The notes beneath the pieces are model-generated. The model was not told the DNA's origin. It did not search any database and saw only the letters and a list, made by a program, of their open reading frames with translations. A DNA stretch of 64,000 nucleotides. Origin: Clostridia bacterium. Lineage in GTDB: Bacteria; Bacillota; Clostridia; Oscillospirales; Acutalibacteraceae. This document shows positions 49,326 to 58,576 of this stretch, in pieces. The DNA lies in NCBI GenBank assembly GCA_017473165.1, contig JAFUNA010000032.1, forward strand, positions 4,182-68,181, given 5' to 3'. Position numbers and translations under genes: made by a program. Numbering within the stretch: position 1 is the stretch's first letter; every line of letters begins with the position of its first letter.

Positions 49326-50959
49326 AAATTAAGGGTGTACCTCGGCGGTACACCCTTTTTCAACAGGAGTAAAGCGATGGCAAAAATAATGTTTGTCTGC
49401 CATGGGAATATTTGCAGAAGTCCCATGGCGGAGTTTATTTTCAAAGATATGATTAAAAGAAAGGGTCTTGAGGGCGATTTTTTTGTTGCTTCAACCGCAG
49501 CCACTGCGTTAATATCCGAACCAATGCCCGATTTTTCAAGATCGGAAAAGGTGATTGTCTTCGTTTGTTCTCTGTAATTAAATGTGATAACCATTTTGTC
49601 ATCATAGAGAAAGATTGCATTGACAAAGCTGTCAATGAGTCTTCGTCTGTGTTCGATTTTGTTGGTGTTTAATTTTCTGAACTGTTCAAAATAGCAGAGG
49701 ATATTCTCTTTTGTAATGGTCGGTCTCGCCATTTCTTCTTTCATTATTTCAACCGAAAGTTCTGCTTTTTCCCGTTCCAACTCATCTAATCTTTGCTTGG
49801 TTGACGGACTGATAATACCCATCTGTATTGCATTGACCAGATTGTCTATGCCCTTCTGTGTTTCAGCAAATCTTTTGCGAAGCAGAGGTAAAACTGTGTT
49901 TTCCTGATTAAGAACCGCTATGGTTCTGTTTACAAAATCCTCAATAATATCCTGATTGGCAAGAAGCTTTTTCACTTCTTCAATCACAATGTTTTCAATC
50001 CATTCCTTGCGGACTGTTTTCTTGTCGCATCCCCTGTGATGTTTAACACCTACGCATTTGTAATAACGGTGAACTTCTTTTGTGTGGCTCGTTCCGCTTT
50101 CGCCAACCATCATACTTTGACACTTACCGCAAAACAATTTTGTTGTCAGCAAGTAATCATCTTCTGCTTTATGACGGGCAGGAGCTTTTTTATTTTCTTG
50201 CATTCTCTCCTGAACTCTGTCAAATAATTCTTGCGGAACTATTGCCGGGATTCCGTTCGGCTGAACAATGTCACGGTACTTATATTCACCTATGTACTTG
50301 CGGTTATGAAGCATACGGGTGACACTGTTGACACTGATTTTTCCGCCGAGCTTTGTGCGGATACCTTTGATGTTCATTTCATCGGTAACCTCACGCATAC
50401 TTGCACCTTCGGCATAACTTTTGAATGCAGCAAGCACAACAGGTGCAGTAATCGGGTCAATCTGAAAGAACTGATTGCTGTCAATATAATAACCTATCGG
50501 CAAAGTGCCACCATTATATTTACACTTGAGTGCATTTTCAGTAAGACCCCTTAAGACTTTTTCCGAAAGCTCTACTGAATAATATTCCGCATAGCCTTCG
50601 AGCATGGACTCAAGCAAAATGCCTTCGGCATTCTGAGAAATCAATTCCGTTGCCGACAAAACTTTGACTCCGTTTCTGCGAAGAACATTTTTGTAATAAG
50701 CGGAATCAAATCTGTTTCGTGCAAATCTATCAAGTTTCCAGACAAGCACAATATCAAATTTTTTATCTGCGCTGTCCTTAATCATTTTCTGAAAGTCAGG
50801 GCGGTTGTCCGTCTTTGCAGACAATGCTCGGTCTGTGTATGTACCGATAATCTGAATATCATTTTTCTCGGCATACTCCTTACATTCTCTGAGCTGACCT
50901 TCAATTGATTCTTCTCTCTGATTGTCCGAAGAATATCTTGCGTAAATAACTGCTTTCAT
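49238..50959 (-). CDS. Large serine recombinase; last ~85 codons derive from host antisense DNA
   Basis: YARYSS nucleophile, KLDRFAR, recombinase domain, CGKC...YYKC...C zinc ribbon, coiled coil. Confidence 0.95.
   Translation of the reverse strand: MKAVIYARYSSDNQREESIEGQLRECKEYAEKNDIQIIGTYTDRALSAKTDNRPDFQKMIKDSADKKFDIVLVWKLDRFARNRFDSAYYKNVLRRNGVKVLSATELISQNAEGILLESMLEGYAEYYSVELSEKVLRGLTENALKCKYNGGTLPIGYYIDSNQFFQIDPITAPVVLAAFKSYAEGASMREVTDEMNIKGIRTKLGGKISVNSVTRMLHNRKYIGEYKYRDIVQPNGIPAIVPQELFDRVQERMQENKKAPARHKAEDDYLLTTKLFCGKCQSMMVGESGTSHTKEVHRYYKCVGVKHHRGCDKKTVRKEWIENIVIEEVKKLLANQDIIEDFVNRTIAVLNQENTVLPLLRKRFAETQKGIDNLVNAIQMGIISPSTKQRLDELEREKAELSVEIMKEEMARPTITKENILCYFEQFRKLNTNKIEHRRRLIDSFVNAIFLYDDKMVITFNYREQTKTITFSDLEKSGIGSDINAVAAVEATKKSPSRPFLLIISLKINSAMGLLQIFPWQTNIIFAIALLLLKKGVPPRYTLNFYAFAARVTTSIAPTGQTLWQFPQPVHFS
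49324..49360. terminator. rnf terminator, potentially bidirectional
   Basis: AAGGGTGTACC-TCGGC-GGTACACCCTT; TTTTT on plus, TTAATTTTT on minus. Confidence 0.85.
49377..49493 (+). pseudogene. 5' fragment of a low-molecular-weight protein phosphatase gene interrupted by the element
   Basis: MAKIMFVCHGNICRSPMAEF..FFVAS (CX5R loop), AGGAG RBS; similarity ends at the conserved SA motif and the frame stops at 49577 without the DP(W/Y)Y acid loop. Confidence 0.88.
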
Positions 50960-51684
50960 TTATCAGCCTCCTCTTTTTCAGAATTTATTTCGTTCATATA
51001 ACCTGCGGTTATGATACCGGCAGGCAATGCTACGATTGCAATACCAAAGATTGATGAACCCATTGTTACAATTCTTCCGATTGTTGTTACCGGATAAATA
51101 TCTCCGTAACCAACAGTCGTGAGAGATACTGTTGCCCAATATATAGCATCAAAAAATGAATTGAACGAATCGGGTTCAACATTAAAAATAACAAGTGCAG
51201 CAATGAGTATGTATGCAACAGCAAGGGTTCCAACCGCCACCAACGATTCCTTTGAACGCTTCAGAACATTGACTATAATTTCAACACTTTTTGAATATCT
51301 CAATGCCTTGAAGACTCGGAATACTCTGAATGCTTTTATCATTCTTAAAACTCTCAGAACCTTAAATACACTGTTTATTACAGTCAATGACGGAAGAATA
51401 GAAATCAAATCTATTATCGCCATCAAGGAAAACGGATATCGTATAAATGAGCTAACAGATTTTTTGTTATATTTATAATCCGAAGTTATCCAACGAAGAA
51501 TATAATCAACAATAAAAATTACAACACAGATTTTATCAAGAACAAAAAATGCTGTATTTTCATTTTTGAAAGCAAGCGGAATAAGGCTTACGATTATGAC
51601 CATCATCATAAAATAATCATAAAAACTGCTGACCTTGTTAAGTCCTTCGCCAGGTTCGACCATTTCAAAAATCTTTTTTCTCAT
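50956..51684 (-). CDS. Kv-like potassium channel (ion transporter)
   Basis: TTVGYGD filter, S4-like KVLRVLRMIKAFRVFRVFKALR, multiple TMs. Confidence 0.92.
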   Translation of the reverse strand: MRKKIFEMVEPGEGLNKVSSFYDYFMMMVIIVSLIPLAFKNENTAFFVLDKICVVIFIVDYILRWITSDYKYNKKSVSSFIRYPFSLMAIIDLISILPSLTVINSVFKVLRVLRMIKAFRVFRVFKALRYSKSVEIIVNVLKRSKESLVAVGTLAVAYILIAALVIFNVEPDSFNSFFDAIYWATVSLTTVGYGDIYPVTTIGRIVTMGSSIFGIAIVALPAGIITAGYMNEINSEKEEADK

Positions 51685-51866
51685 ACATCCGCCTCCGAAA
51701 CATTATTCAGTTTTATATTAACACATAAATAATTTTGTATCAACTAAATTCAAAACTGATGATTTCATACTATGGAAATATGGAAAATAAATTTCCCACA
51801 TTACCACAGCATTGCGGTTGTAAAAAAGCCTTGATATTCCGTTGATTTTATCTGCCTACTAAATTG

Positions 51867-52090
51867 GCAAGCAAGGCAAACGTGAACACAATCTTGCCAA
51901 ATGCTGCTTTCGAGTTGTTCCGATTTTTAACCGTTCACAATCTTAGCAAGCAGGGCAAGTGTAAATACACTTTGCAAATTCTGCTTGCAAAACCGTTCGG
52001 GTTTTCACCCATTCACTAACTTTGCAAGCAGGGCAAGTGGGTACCCAAATTTGAAAAAATCAAATTTTTGCACCACTCTTTTTGCCGCTT
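51867..52090 (+). repeat. Three degenerate ~78-bp tandem hairpin units
   Basis: GCAAGCA(A/G)GGCAA at 51867, 51946 and 52024. Confidence 0.7.
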
Positions 52091-52386
52091 GTTGGGGATA
52101 ACCCCAAACCCCGGAATTGAAATATTTGTTGTGAAATTATTTCAAGCAGCGCTTCTCCGAAGCTTATGTTTTTTATAAAAACTAAAATCTCTGTTTCGCC
52201 AAAAGAACAATTGTTCGTCTGATAAAATTATAATTCTGACCAACTTTTTTGTCAAGGATAGTGTTGGGCACAAGTTGATTGTTAACAAAAAGTTTACAAA
52301 CAAACCTTTTGTTTTTGAGGTTAGCTGCAACGCGGTGCAAGGGTAAAACCCTTGTTTAAAATCTTTGATTTTTCATCAGCGGAGCT

Positions 52387-52429
52387 GCGCACTTTACATT
52401 CCGTCAGGATATGTATAGAAGTGCGCCAT
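52387..52429 (+). other. Putative MOBQ-type origin of transfer
   Basis: GCGCACTT/AAGTGCGC inverted repeat around a TACAT/ATGTA hairpin, ending AAGTGCGCCAT (MOBQ nic consensus AAGTGCGCCCT). Confidence 0.65.
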
Positions 52430-52451
52430 TCAGAAATATTCGCAAAAACTT

Positions 52452-55400
52452 TTAAAACCGTTTAATTGTAAAGCCAGAATTGCCATATACAGTTAATATT
52501 ATAATTTTGTCATCAACCTTTCTGATATAAGCAGTTGAAATCACTTCTATATCATCGGGTGTAGTGTATTTTGTACTCCATGTGTGATAGGCATATCCCG
52601 AAATGGGTTTCAACTCAACATCACTGCAAATCAATCCTGCTCCAGACTGATAGTTTTTTTCAGCAATCGCAAACTCTTTGGCAGACTCATTTGGACAGTC
52701 CACAAAAGTAACAATTAGTTGGTTGTATGATTCACCATCCTTTGAAATAGACACTCCAACATCAGCGATATCTGATTCTAGATACGAAGTTTTTTCTTCC
52801 GAATCAACAGAATAACCCGCAGGAATCGGAATCCTTAAATCTGCCCATTCATTTACATATTCACCATTTTGAACGCTTCCTCTTTCATATTTTATCTGTT
52901 TTGTAGTTGAAGTTTCATGTTGAGATGAATCTTGCGGATCATACCAAACAATCGTCTCCTCCGAACCATCAACAATCATAGAAAAGCCTAACAATAATGT
53001 CCCATCGTCTCTTATATCAAACGCTATAGGATATCTTTCTGAAGATTCATTAAAAGTTACATAAGTATTCATCTCATTATATAAGTAAAGCTTTTCTGTA
53101 GAACTTATATATATTCCGTTATTTTTATATTCATTATATTTATCAACACCGTCAGCATAGCTTTTACTTATTTTGCTAACCTGAATATTAATAGAATCTG
53201 GTTGCTCAACAGGGACAATATCTAAGGGTGTATCGGTAACTTTCAAGGTAATAGGAACATCTTTTTTGCAATAATACGCAACATAAAAAGTATGATCATC
53301 TCCCATAGTATTATCCGTTTTTTGAATTTCTCCATTATAGAGAAGGTGACACCAGATATTATATTCATAGTAATCAGATTTAAAAAGGTAATAGCCGTCT
53401 TCCGGAGGGATAAACTGATAAATATTTTCCGTTGTATAGTCAAATGCTAAATCTTTATTTAAGCCAATAAACAATGGTGTTTCAGTTACCTTTTCTTCTG
53501 ATGTTGTTGATTCTGCCATTGAGTTGATTGCCGTCGATTTAGCTTTACCATCATAATCAAAAGCTCTATATGATGCTCGCAAAACTTTTTCTTTATCAAC
53601 TTTAGACAAATCATTAAATTCCCGGCCGTTAAATATCTGATACTTAAGGTTAAGATTGCTGTCTGTTTTAGAAAGCTCTTTCAGAAACTCATTTTGTTTT
53701 TCTTTCAAAAAATCATTCAAATCAGAAATTTTAATTGTACTTTCTTTGTCCTTTACCTCATCGTAGTACAAATAAGAATCTTTATAAGCCTGGGATTTTT
53801 CATAACTATAATTGGTCAGGTATACTTCGTAAATGTTGGTTGAATAAATATCTGATGGGGCATCTGCACCGGGAGCACAAAACAGTTTCACGAGATCTAA
53901 AGTCACAGACAAATCCTCTCCATTATCAGAAGAATATTCCCATATATTCTCGACAATATAATAAGGATTAACACCATCTTTGTTATTTGAAAAAAGTTTT
54001 ATTTCCGTGCCGTTAATTTCAAAGTCAAAACCACCATTTACAAACACATGATTATAACAATTATTTTCCAAATCAAACTTTAGAACTGAATTAAAATTAT
54101 ACCCACTTACCGAATCATGTTCATTCACTATCAACTCATTAGTTCCGTCAAAATCTAAATCAAGAAAAGTATAATAAAGCTCCGTACCATCTGAAACATA
54201 CAAATAATCAGTCATGAAATACTCGTCGTTCATCAAAATTTCAACAATTTTATTTTCAATAGGATCATTCGACTCTGACAAATCAACAGTAACTGTGGTT
54301 GTATCTGTTGGAACATCTTTTTTATTTGAATTGTTGATGAAGGCTACAATTCCTACACCTAAGGCAATTAATAACAAAACAGCTGCAACTATTATGGCTA
54401 TCTTTCCTTTACCCTTTCCTTTTGACTTATCATCTTTTTTGGTCTCAATGTTAGCTTCAGGATTATCAATTGGCGTTGCTGTTTTGACACTAATACCAGG
54501 GTTTTCAGTTATAGTTTTTTCTATAATAGTGTTTTCCGGCGGAAGTGGATTCAATAAATATTTTTCCAACTCCTCACGCATCTCTTTTGGAGAAGCAAAT
54601 CTTTCTTTCGGGCTGTATGCGCAAGCTCTTAAAATAATCTCACTCAGTTTTTCGTCTGCATTCTGAGGCTTGGGCAAAGATTCACCGCTTATACGTTTTA
54701 TTAATGCGTTTTCCAAATCATCGGGTGTCAGAATTCCCTGAGGAAGAAAAGGCGTTCTGTTATTATTAAAATAACGGTACAGTACAATACCAACCGAGTA
54801 AATATCTGCAGAATTTCCAAACGATTCCCCTTTATAAACCTCCGGAGCCATATAACTGTTTGTGCCTTTGCGTGCAGTTACACCAATTGTATGTTCAAAT
54901 TTTTTTGCAACGCCAAAATCACCGAGTTTATAGTCACCGTTATCTGATATAAAAACATTTTCAGGTTTTATATCTCTGTGAATAACATTTTTATTTTGAC
55001 AAACTTCAAGCGCTTTGCACATATCTATGCCAAGTTTTATCAACTCTCTTTTGTCAAAGCCTCTGATTTTGAAGTGTTCATCAACAGGAGTCAGTAGTTC
55101 CATACGTATGAGTATATCCCATCCGATGCCGTCCTCGTGCTCAATAACCTGATGATCTTCATAGCTTACAATATTACTGTTGCCCTTCATGCTTGACATC
55201 AGTTTGAACTCATTTGCAACATTTGAAACCACGGATTTGAAATATGTTGTAACGCTATCCTCATCCATTCCGCTTGTTGTCATACTTTTTACTTCACTTT
55301 TGTTTTGAGGAATAGTTATTACCTTGAGCGCTGATTGATATGTTTCACCAAAATCCGTTTTTTCAATCTTAAATACTTTTCCGAAAGTACCTTCACCAAT

Positions 55401-55463
55401 TAATTCGGTAATATACCATGATCCGAAAACAGGCTCATATTTTTTATAGTAATTAATATCCAT
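52452..55463 (-). CDS. Transmembrane Hanks-type Ser/Thr kinase with large extracellular region
   Basis: GEGTFG, ALK, HRDIKPEN, DFG, YMAPE intact; one TM; start at MDINYY after GGAGG. Confidence 0.95.
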   Translation of the reverse strand: MDINYYKKYEPVFGSWYITELIGEGTFGKVFKIEKTDFGETYQSALKVITIPQNKSEVKSMTTSGMDEDSVTTYFKSVVSNVANEFKLMSSMKGNSNIVSYEDHQVIEHEDGIGWDILIRMELLTPVDEHFKIRGFDKRELIKLGIDMCKALEVCQNKNVIHRDIKPENVFISDNGDYKLGDFGVAKKFEHTIGVTARKGTNSYMAPEVYKGESFGNSADIYSVGIVLYRYFNNNRTPFLPQGILTPDDLENALIKRISGESLPKPQNADEKLSEIILRACAYSPKERFASPKEMREELEKYLLNPLPPENTIIEKTITENPGISVKTATPIDNPEANIETKKDDKSKGKGKGKIAIIVAAVLLLIALGVGIVAFINNSNKKDVPTDTTTVTVDLSESNDPIENKIVEILMNDEYFMTDYLYVSDGTELYYTFLDLDFDGTNELIVNEHDSVSGYNFNSVLKFDLENNCYNHVFVNGGFDFEINGTEIKLFSNNKDGVNPYYIVENIWEYSSDNGEDLSVTLDLVKLFCAPGADAPSDIYSTNIYEVYLTNYSYEKSQAYKDSYLYYDEVKDKESTIKISDLNDFLKEKQNEFLKELSKTDSNLNLKYQIFNGREFNDLSKVDKEKVLRASYRAFDYDGKAKSTAINSMAESTTSEEKVTETPLFIGLNKDLAFDYTTENIYQFIPPEDGYYLFKSDYYEYNIWCHLLYNGEIQKTDNTMGDDHTFYVAYYCKKDVPITLKVTDTPLDIVPVEQPDSINIQVSKISKSYADGVDKYNEYKNNGIYISSTEKLYLYNEMNTYVTFNESSERYPIAFDIRDDGTLLLGFSMIVDGSEETIVWYDPQDSSQHETSTTKQIKYERGSVQNGEYVNEWADLRIPIPAGYSVDSEEKTSYLESDIADVGVSISKDGESYNQLIVTFVDCPNESAKEFAIAEKNYQSGAGLICSDVELKPISGYAYHTWSTKYTTPDDIEVISTAYIRKVDDKIIILTVYGNSGFTIKRF

Positions 55464-55495
55464 TTTTCTTCCTCCTATATCTATCCACGATTGTT

Positions 55496-56263
55496 TTAAC
55501 AAATTCGTAATAAAACAAAAGTTAAATTATCATATCCGCCTTTATCCAAAGCTTTTATCAATAATAATTCAGCAATTCTCTTCAGTGTTTTTCTTTCCGA
55601 TATGATATTCGTAATTTCATCATCGGAAAGCATATCCGTGATACCGTCGCTGCACAACAAAAAAACATCGTTTTTTTGTGTTTCAAACTCATCAGATTCA
55701 AACGGCTTAACTATCATTTCCTCTGGAAATATTCCAAGATTCTGTGTAAGCCTGTGTCTTTCGGGATGCTTTTCAGCTGCTTCGGGTGTTAATATATTCA
55801 TTCTTACCAGACGCTCAGTCTGTGTATGGTCCCGACTTAATTTTGTCAGTTTTTTGTTTCTGAAAATATAAATTCTGCTATCACCTATGTTATAAGCGCA
55901 AGCTTTTTTGTCTTCTATATATAAAACGGCAAGAGTAGTTCCCATTCTTGTTCCGTTGTTTTTTTCAATTTCATTGCAAATTTTACCGTTTGCATTCTGA
56001 ACATACTCGGCTATTGAAAAATTTTGACCGTTCCAATATTCATTTAAGGTTTCAACGGCAATCAGTGAAGCTTTTTCTCCGTGTTCTTCACCACCCATAC
56101 CGTCACAGACGGCATAGATATAATTGTTACGCAACTCGCTGTGTTCGGTTTTCAATCTGTTGAGAGAAGTATCTGCTTTATAAGCTCCGCACACAAAATA
56201 ATTATCTTCATTGTTTTCCCTGACTCTACCCTCATGAGTAACAGCTATGCTTTCAACATTCAT
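55496..56263 (-). CDS. PP2C/PPM Ser/Thr phosphatase
   Basis: RENNED, CDGMGG, GTT, GDSR, CSDG, GGYDN. Confidence 0.95.
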   Translation of the reverse strand: MNVESIAVTHEGRVRENNEDNYFVCGAYKADTSLNRLKTEHSELRNNYIYAVCDGMGGEEHGEKASLIAVETLNEYWNGQNFSIAEYVQNANGKICNEIEKNNGTRMGTTLAVLYIEDKKACAYNIGDSRIYIFRNKKLTKLSRDHTQTERLVRMNILTPEAAEKHPERHRLTQNLGIFPEEMIVKPFESDEFETQKNDVFLLCSDGITDMLSDDEITNIISERKTLKRIAELLLIKALDKGGYDNLTFVLLRIC

Positions 56264-56278
56264 ACATCGTACCTTCTT

Positions 56279-56545
56279 TTACTGCTCATCCGATTGACCT
56301 ATTGGTTCACAACGTTCTTTCGTTAAAGTGGCATACCTTTTCAAATTTTCAAAAAAGACTTTGTTTATATCTTGAGATGTATAAAACAAATCATATAGCC
56401 CAGCAGAGTCGGATGATGAATTAAAATCACAAAACCAATCAAGTGTTCTTTTAAGTTCATGCTGACAATAGTCAATTTCAGATATCAACGAAAGAAGCCT
56501 TTCGGTTTGTTGCAAAACCATTTCATAATCCACAAAACGAGCCAT
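56279..56545 (-). CDS. Small helical protein, degenerate WXG100-like
   Basis: 88 aa, start MARFVDYE resembles neighbour MAHLFLDYE; central W without G; GAGG RBS. Confidence 0.55.
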   Translation of the reverse strand: MARFVDYEMVLQQTERLLSLISEIDYCQHELKRTLDWFCDFNSSSDSAGLYDLFYTSQDINKVFFENLKRYATLTKERCEPIGQSDEQ

Positions 56546-56560
56546 TTTATATCCTCTCAA

Positions 56561-56590
56561 TTCCCCCGACCGCATTTCCGCGGTCGGGAA
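56561..56590 (-). other. GC-rich intra-operon stem-loop after a WXG100 gene
   Basis: TTCCCGACCGC-GGAAAT-GCGGTCGGGGGAA on the minus strand, no U tract. Confidence 0.6.
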
Positions 56591-56601
56591 TAAGCATTAG
56601 T

Positions 56602-56874
56602 TTATCTGTTGTCATCTGCTGCCTTAAGTTTATCTGCCCATGCCTGCATTTCATTTGCATAATCATCAAGCATCTGAGAAAAATTTTTGAAAGTTGTTTC
56701 AAAATCCGAAAATTCCTGAGCAAGCTTTGTCTGTGCATTACCCGTCCACACATCAGTCATGCCGTTAATAAGTGCCTTAAGCTCTGAAATAACGGTGTCA
56801 TGCTGGGTTTTGTAATCTCTTGCCTTCTGAACCTTTGAACATGCGCCTTCGTAATCCAAAAAAAGATGTGCCAT
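56602..56874 (-). CDS. WXG100 family T7SS substrate (EsxA-like)
   Basis: 90 aa, central WTG, terminal LxxxD, strong AGGAGGT RBS. Confidence 0.92.
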   Translation of the reverse strand: MAHLFLDYEGACSKVQKARDYKTQHDTVISELKALINGMTDVWTGNAQTKLAQEFSDFETTFKNFSQMLDDYANEMQAWADKLKAADDNR

Positions 56875-56935
56875 TTTTGTTTACCTCCTGAATTTTAATT
56901 TTTATATTTTTATGCAGATTGGCAACTGCGTAAAA

Positions 56936-57235
56936 TCAGAACAGATTTTTAATTTTTTTAGCTGCTGCAAAATCAGCATCCTGCATTGATTTCAGATATG
57001 TTTTCATCGCCGCCGCCGCATCATCATAGGCATCTGCGATTTTTTCATAAGCGGGAATTGCACTGTCATAATTGGCAACGAATTTGTTATGAGAATTACC
57101 GTTCCACACATCACAAAGACTGAAAGTTAGCTTCGTTATGTTGCCGATATTTGACCGGTATTCCTCTGCTTTGCTGACCATTGAATTTGCCTTCTGGGTT
57201 ATTCCACTTTCGTTGATATATATAAGTGTTGACAC
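56936..57235 (-). CDS. WXG100 family T7SS substrate
   Basis: 99 aa, central WNG, MxxxD near C-terminus, GTG start. Confidence 0.9.
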   Translation of the reverse strand: MSTLIYINESGITQKANSMVSKAEEYRSNIGNITKLTFSLCDVWNGNSHNKFVANYDSAIPAYEKIADAYDDAAAAMKTYLKSMQDADFAAAKKIKNLF

Positions 57236-57250
57236 AATTTCACCATCCTT

Positions 57251-58558
57251 TTATTTTAGGCTGACAATATGGGTGATACATTTAAACATTGCCGAATCAT
57301 CGGTACCACAAGTGGTGTTCCAAAAATAAGTTTCACTCAATTCACCATCATGCGTTTGACCACGGTTAGCCACACCGTCTTGCACGTTAAATGTTATTTT
57401 TCCGTCAACCTCATTATAATCCGTAAAAACAACTACATGTTCCTTTGTTATCGTTTTACCATCTTTGTTAAGAGTCTCTCTTTGGACCCTTACAGCTATT
57501 CCTTCCGGATGTTTATGAAGTTCTTCGGCTGACATTTGTTTGCAACTATCAATATCACCTTTTTTAGCTGCACTTGTAATAGCGTTTTGCAACTTGGTAT
57601 GTCGTTCTATTGAATAAGAAGTACCGTTTGAGTTAGTATATATTCTAAGACTACCGTCGTCTTTGGTTTCATTGCCCCAGCTTCCTGTTGATCCATCAAC
57701 TTCATAACCAGTTGTACCTTCTGCTTTATATTTTCCATTTTCTGAATCATAAGGAGTTTTGCTGTGTTTTTTCACAACACAGTCATTTGCAGCAAAAACA
57801 TCTTCCGGTGTAAATCTTTCAGCTTCTTTGCCATCCAAAGCAAGTCTGTTATTAAGAAGCTGAGTCATTGCAGCAACATTACACCGGCCTCCTCTCTTAA
57901 CAACAACTCCATCACTATTTACTTTATATACCTGTTGCTGTATCGGAACATTTGCATTGTTTACTCGTTCAACAGCCGCTCTATATTTATCATATCCCGC
58001 AGGGAATGTATCAGCCGAGCTAACATCAACCGAAATCCCTCCGCTTGAATTCCCGGAGCCGGATGTATGCGGCTGTTTGCCTGAAATAACGGAAGATATT
58101 GCTCCCAATGCGGCAGAGCCTATTAACGTTCCTGTAAATGGTGTGGCAGAATTATCAAACATATCCGTAACAACGTCATAAGCTTTTTTCGTAAAATTCG
58201 AAACAAAGCTTTTAACAGAATGAACCATAGAATTCGGACTTGTATCCGAAAGATTAATACTGGAAATGCTGCTCTTTGCGGCGGTAGTTACGGCTTGGAT
58301 TCCGATTCTGTCAGTTTCCACAAGTCCGCAAATTGAGTCATCAATTGCATTGGCAAGTTTCATCATATTATCAGCTTGATTACCCAATCTTTTTTCAATT
58401 GCTTTGATATCGGAATCAAAATCGATTCGTCCGTCATAATAATCGTCAAGCTTTGCCCTTATTTTAGCTAAATCCTTTTTGATTTCTTCAGTTTTATCTG
58501 CTGCCTTTTTGGCTTTCGATACTATTAATTCATAATTATCGTTGATAATTATATCCAT
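57251..58558 (-). CDS. Putative T7SS effector: helical trafficking domain plus papain-fold (C39-like) peptidase domain
   Basis: N-terminal ~85-aa helical hairpin ending LVETD; GRCNVAAMTQLL...HVVVFTDY...VQDG suggests a Cys-His-Asp triad. Confidence 0.65.
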   Translation of the reverse strand: MDIIINDNYELIVSKAKKAADKTEEIKKDLAKIRAKLDDYYDGRIDFDSDIKAIEKRLGNQADNMMKLANAIDDSICGLVETDRIGIQAVTTAAKSSISSINLSDTSPNSMVHSVKSFVSNFTKKAYDVVTDMFDNSATPFTGTLIGSAALGAISSVISGKQPHTSGSGNSSGGISVDVSSADTFPAGYDKYRAAVERVNNANVPIQQQVYKVNSDGVVVKRGGRCNVAAMTQLLNNRLALDGKEAERFTPEDVFAANDCVVKKHSKTPYDSENGKYKAEGTTGYEVDGSTGSWGNETKDDGSLRIYTNSNGTSYSIERHTKLQNAITSAAKKGDIDSCKQMSAEELHKHPEGIAVRVQRETLNKDGKTITKEHVVVFTDYNEVDGKITFNVQDGVANRGQTHDGELSETYFWNTTCGTDDSAMFKCITHIVSLK

Positions 58559-58576
58559 TTTTACACCTCGCTCCCG

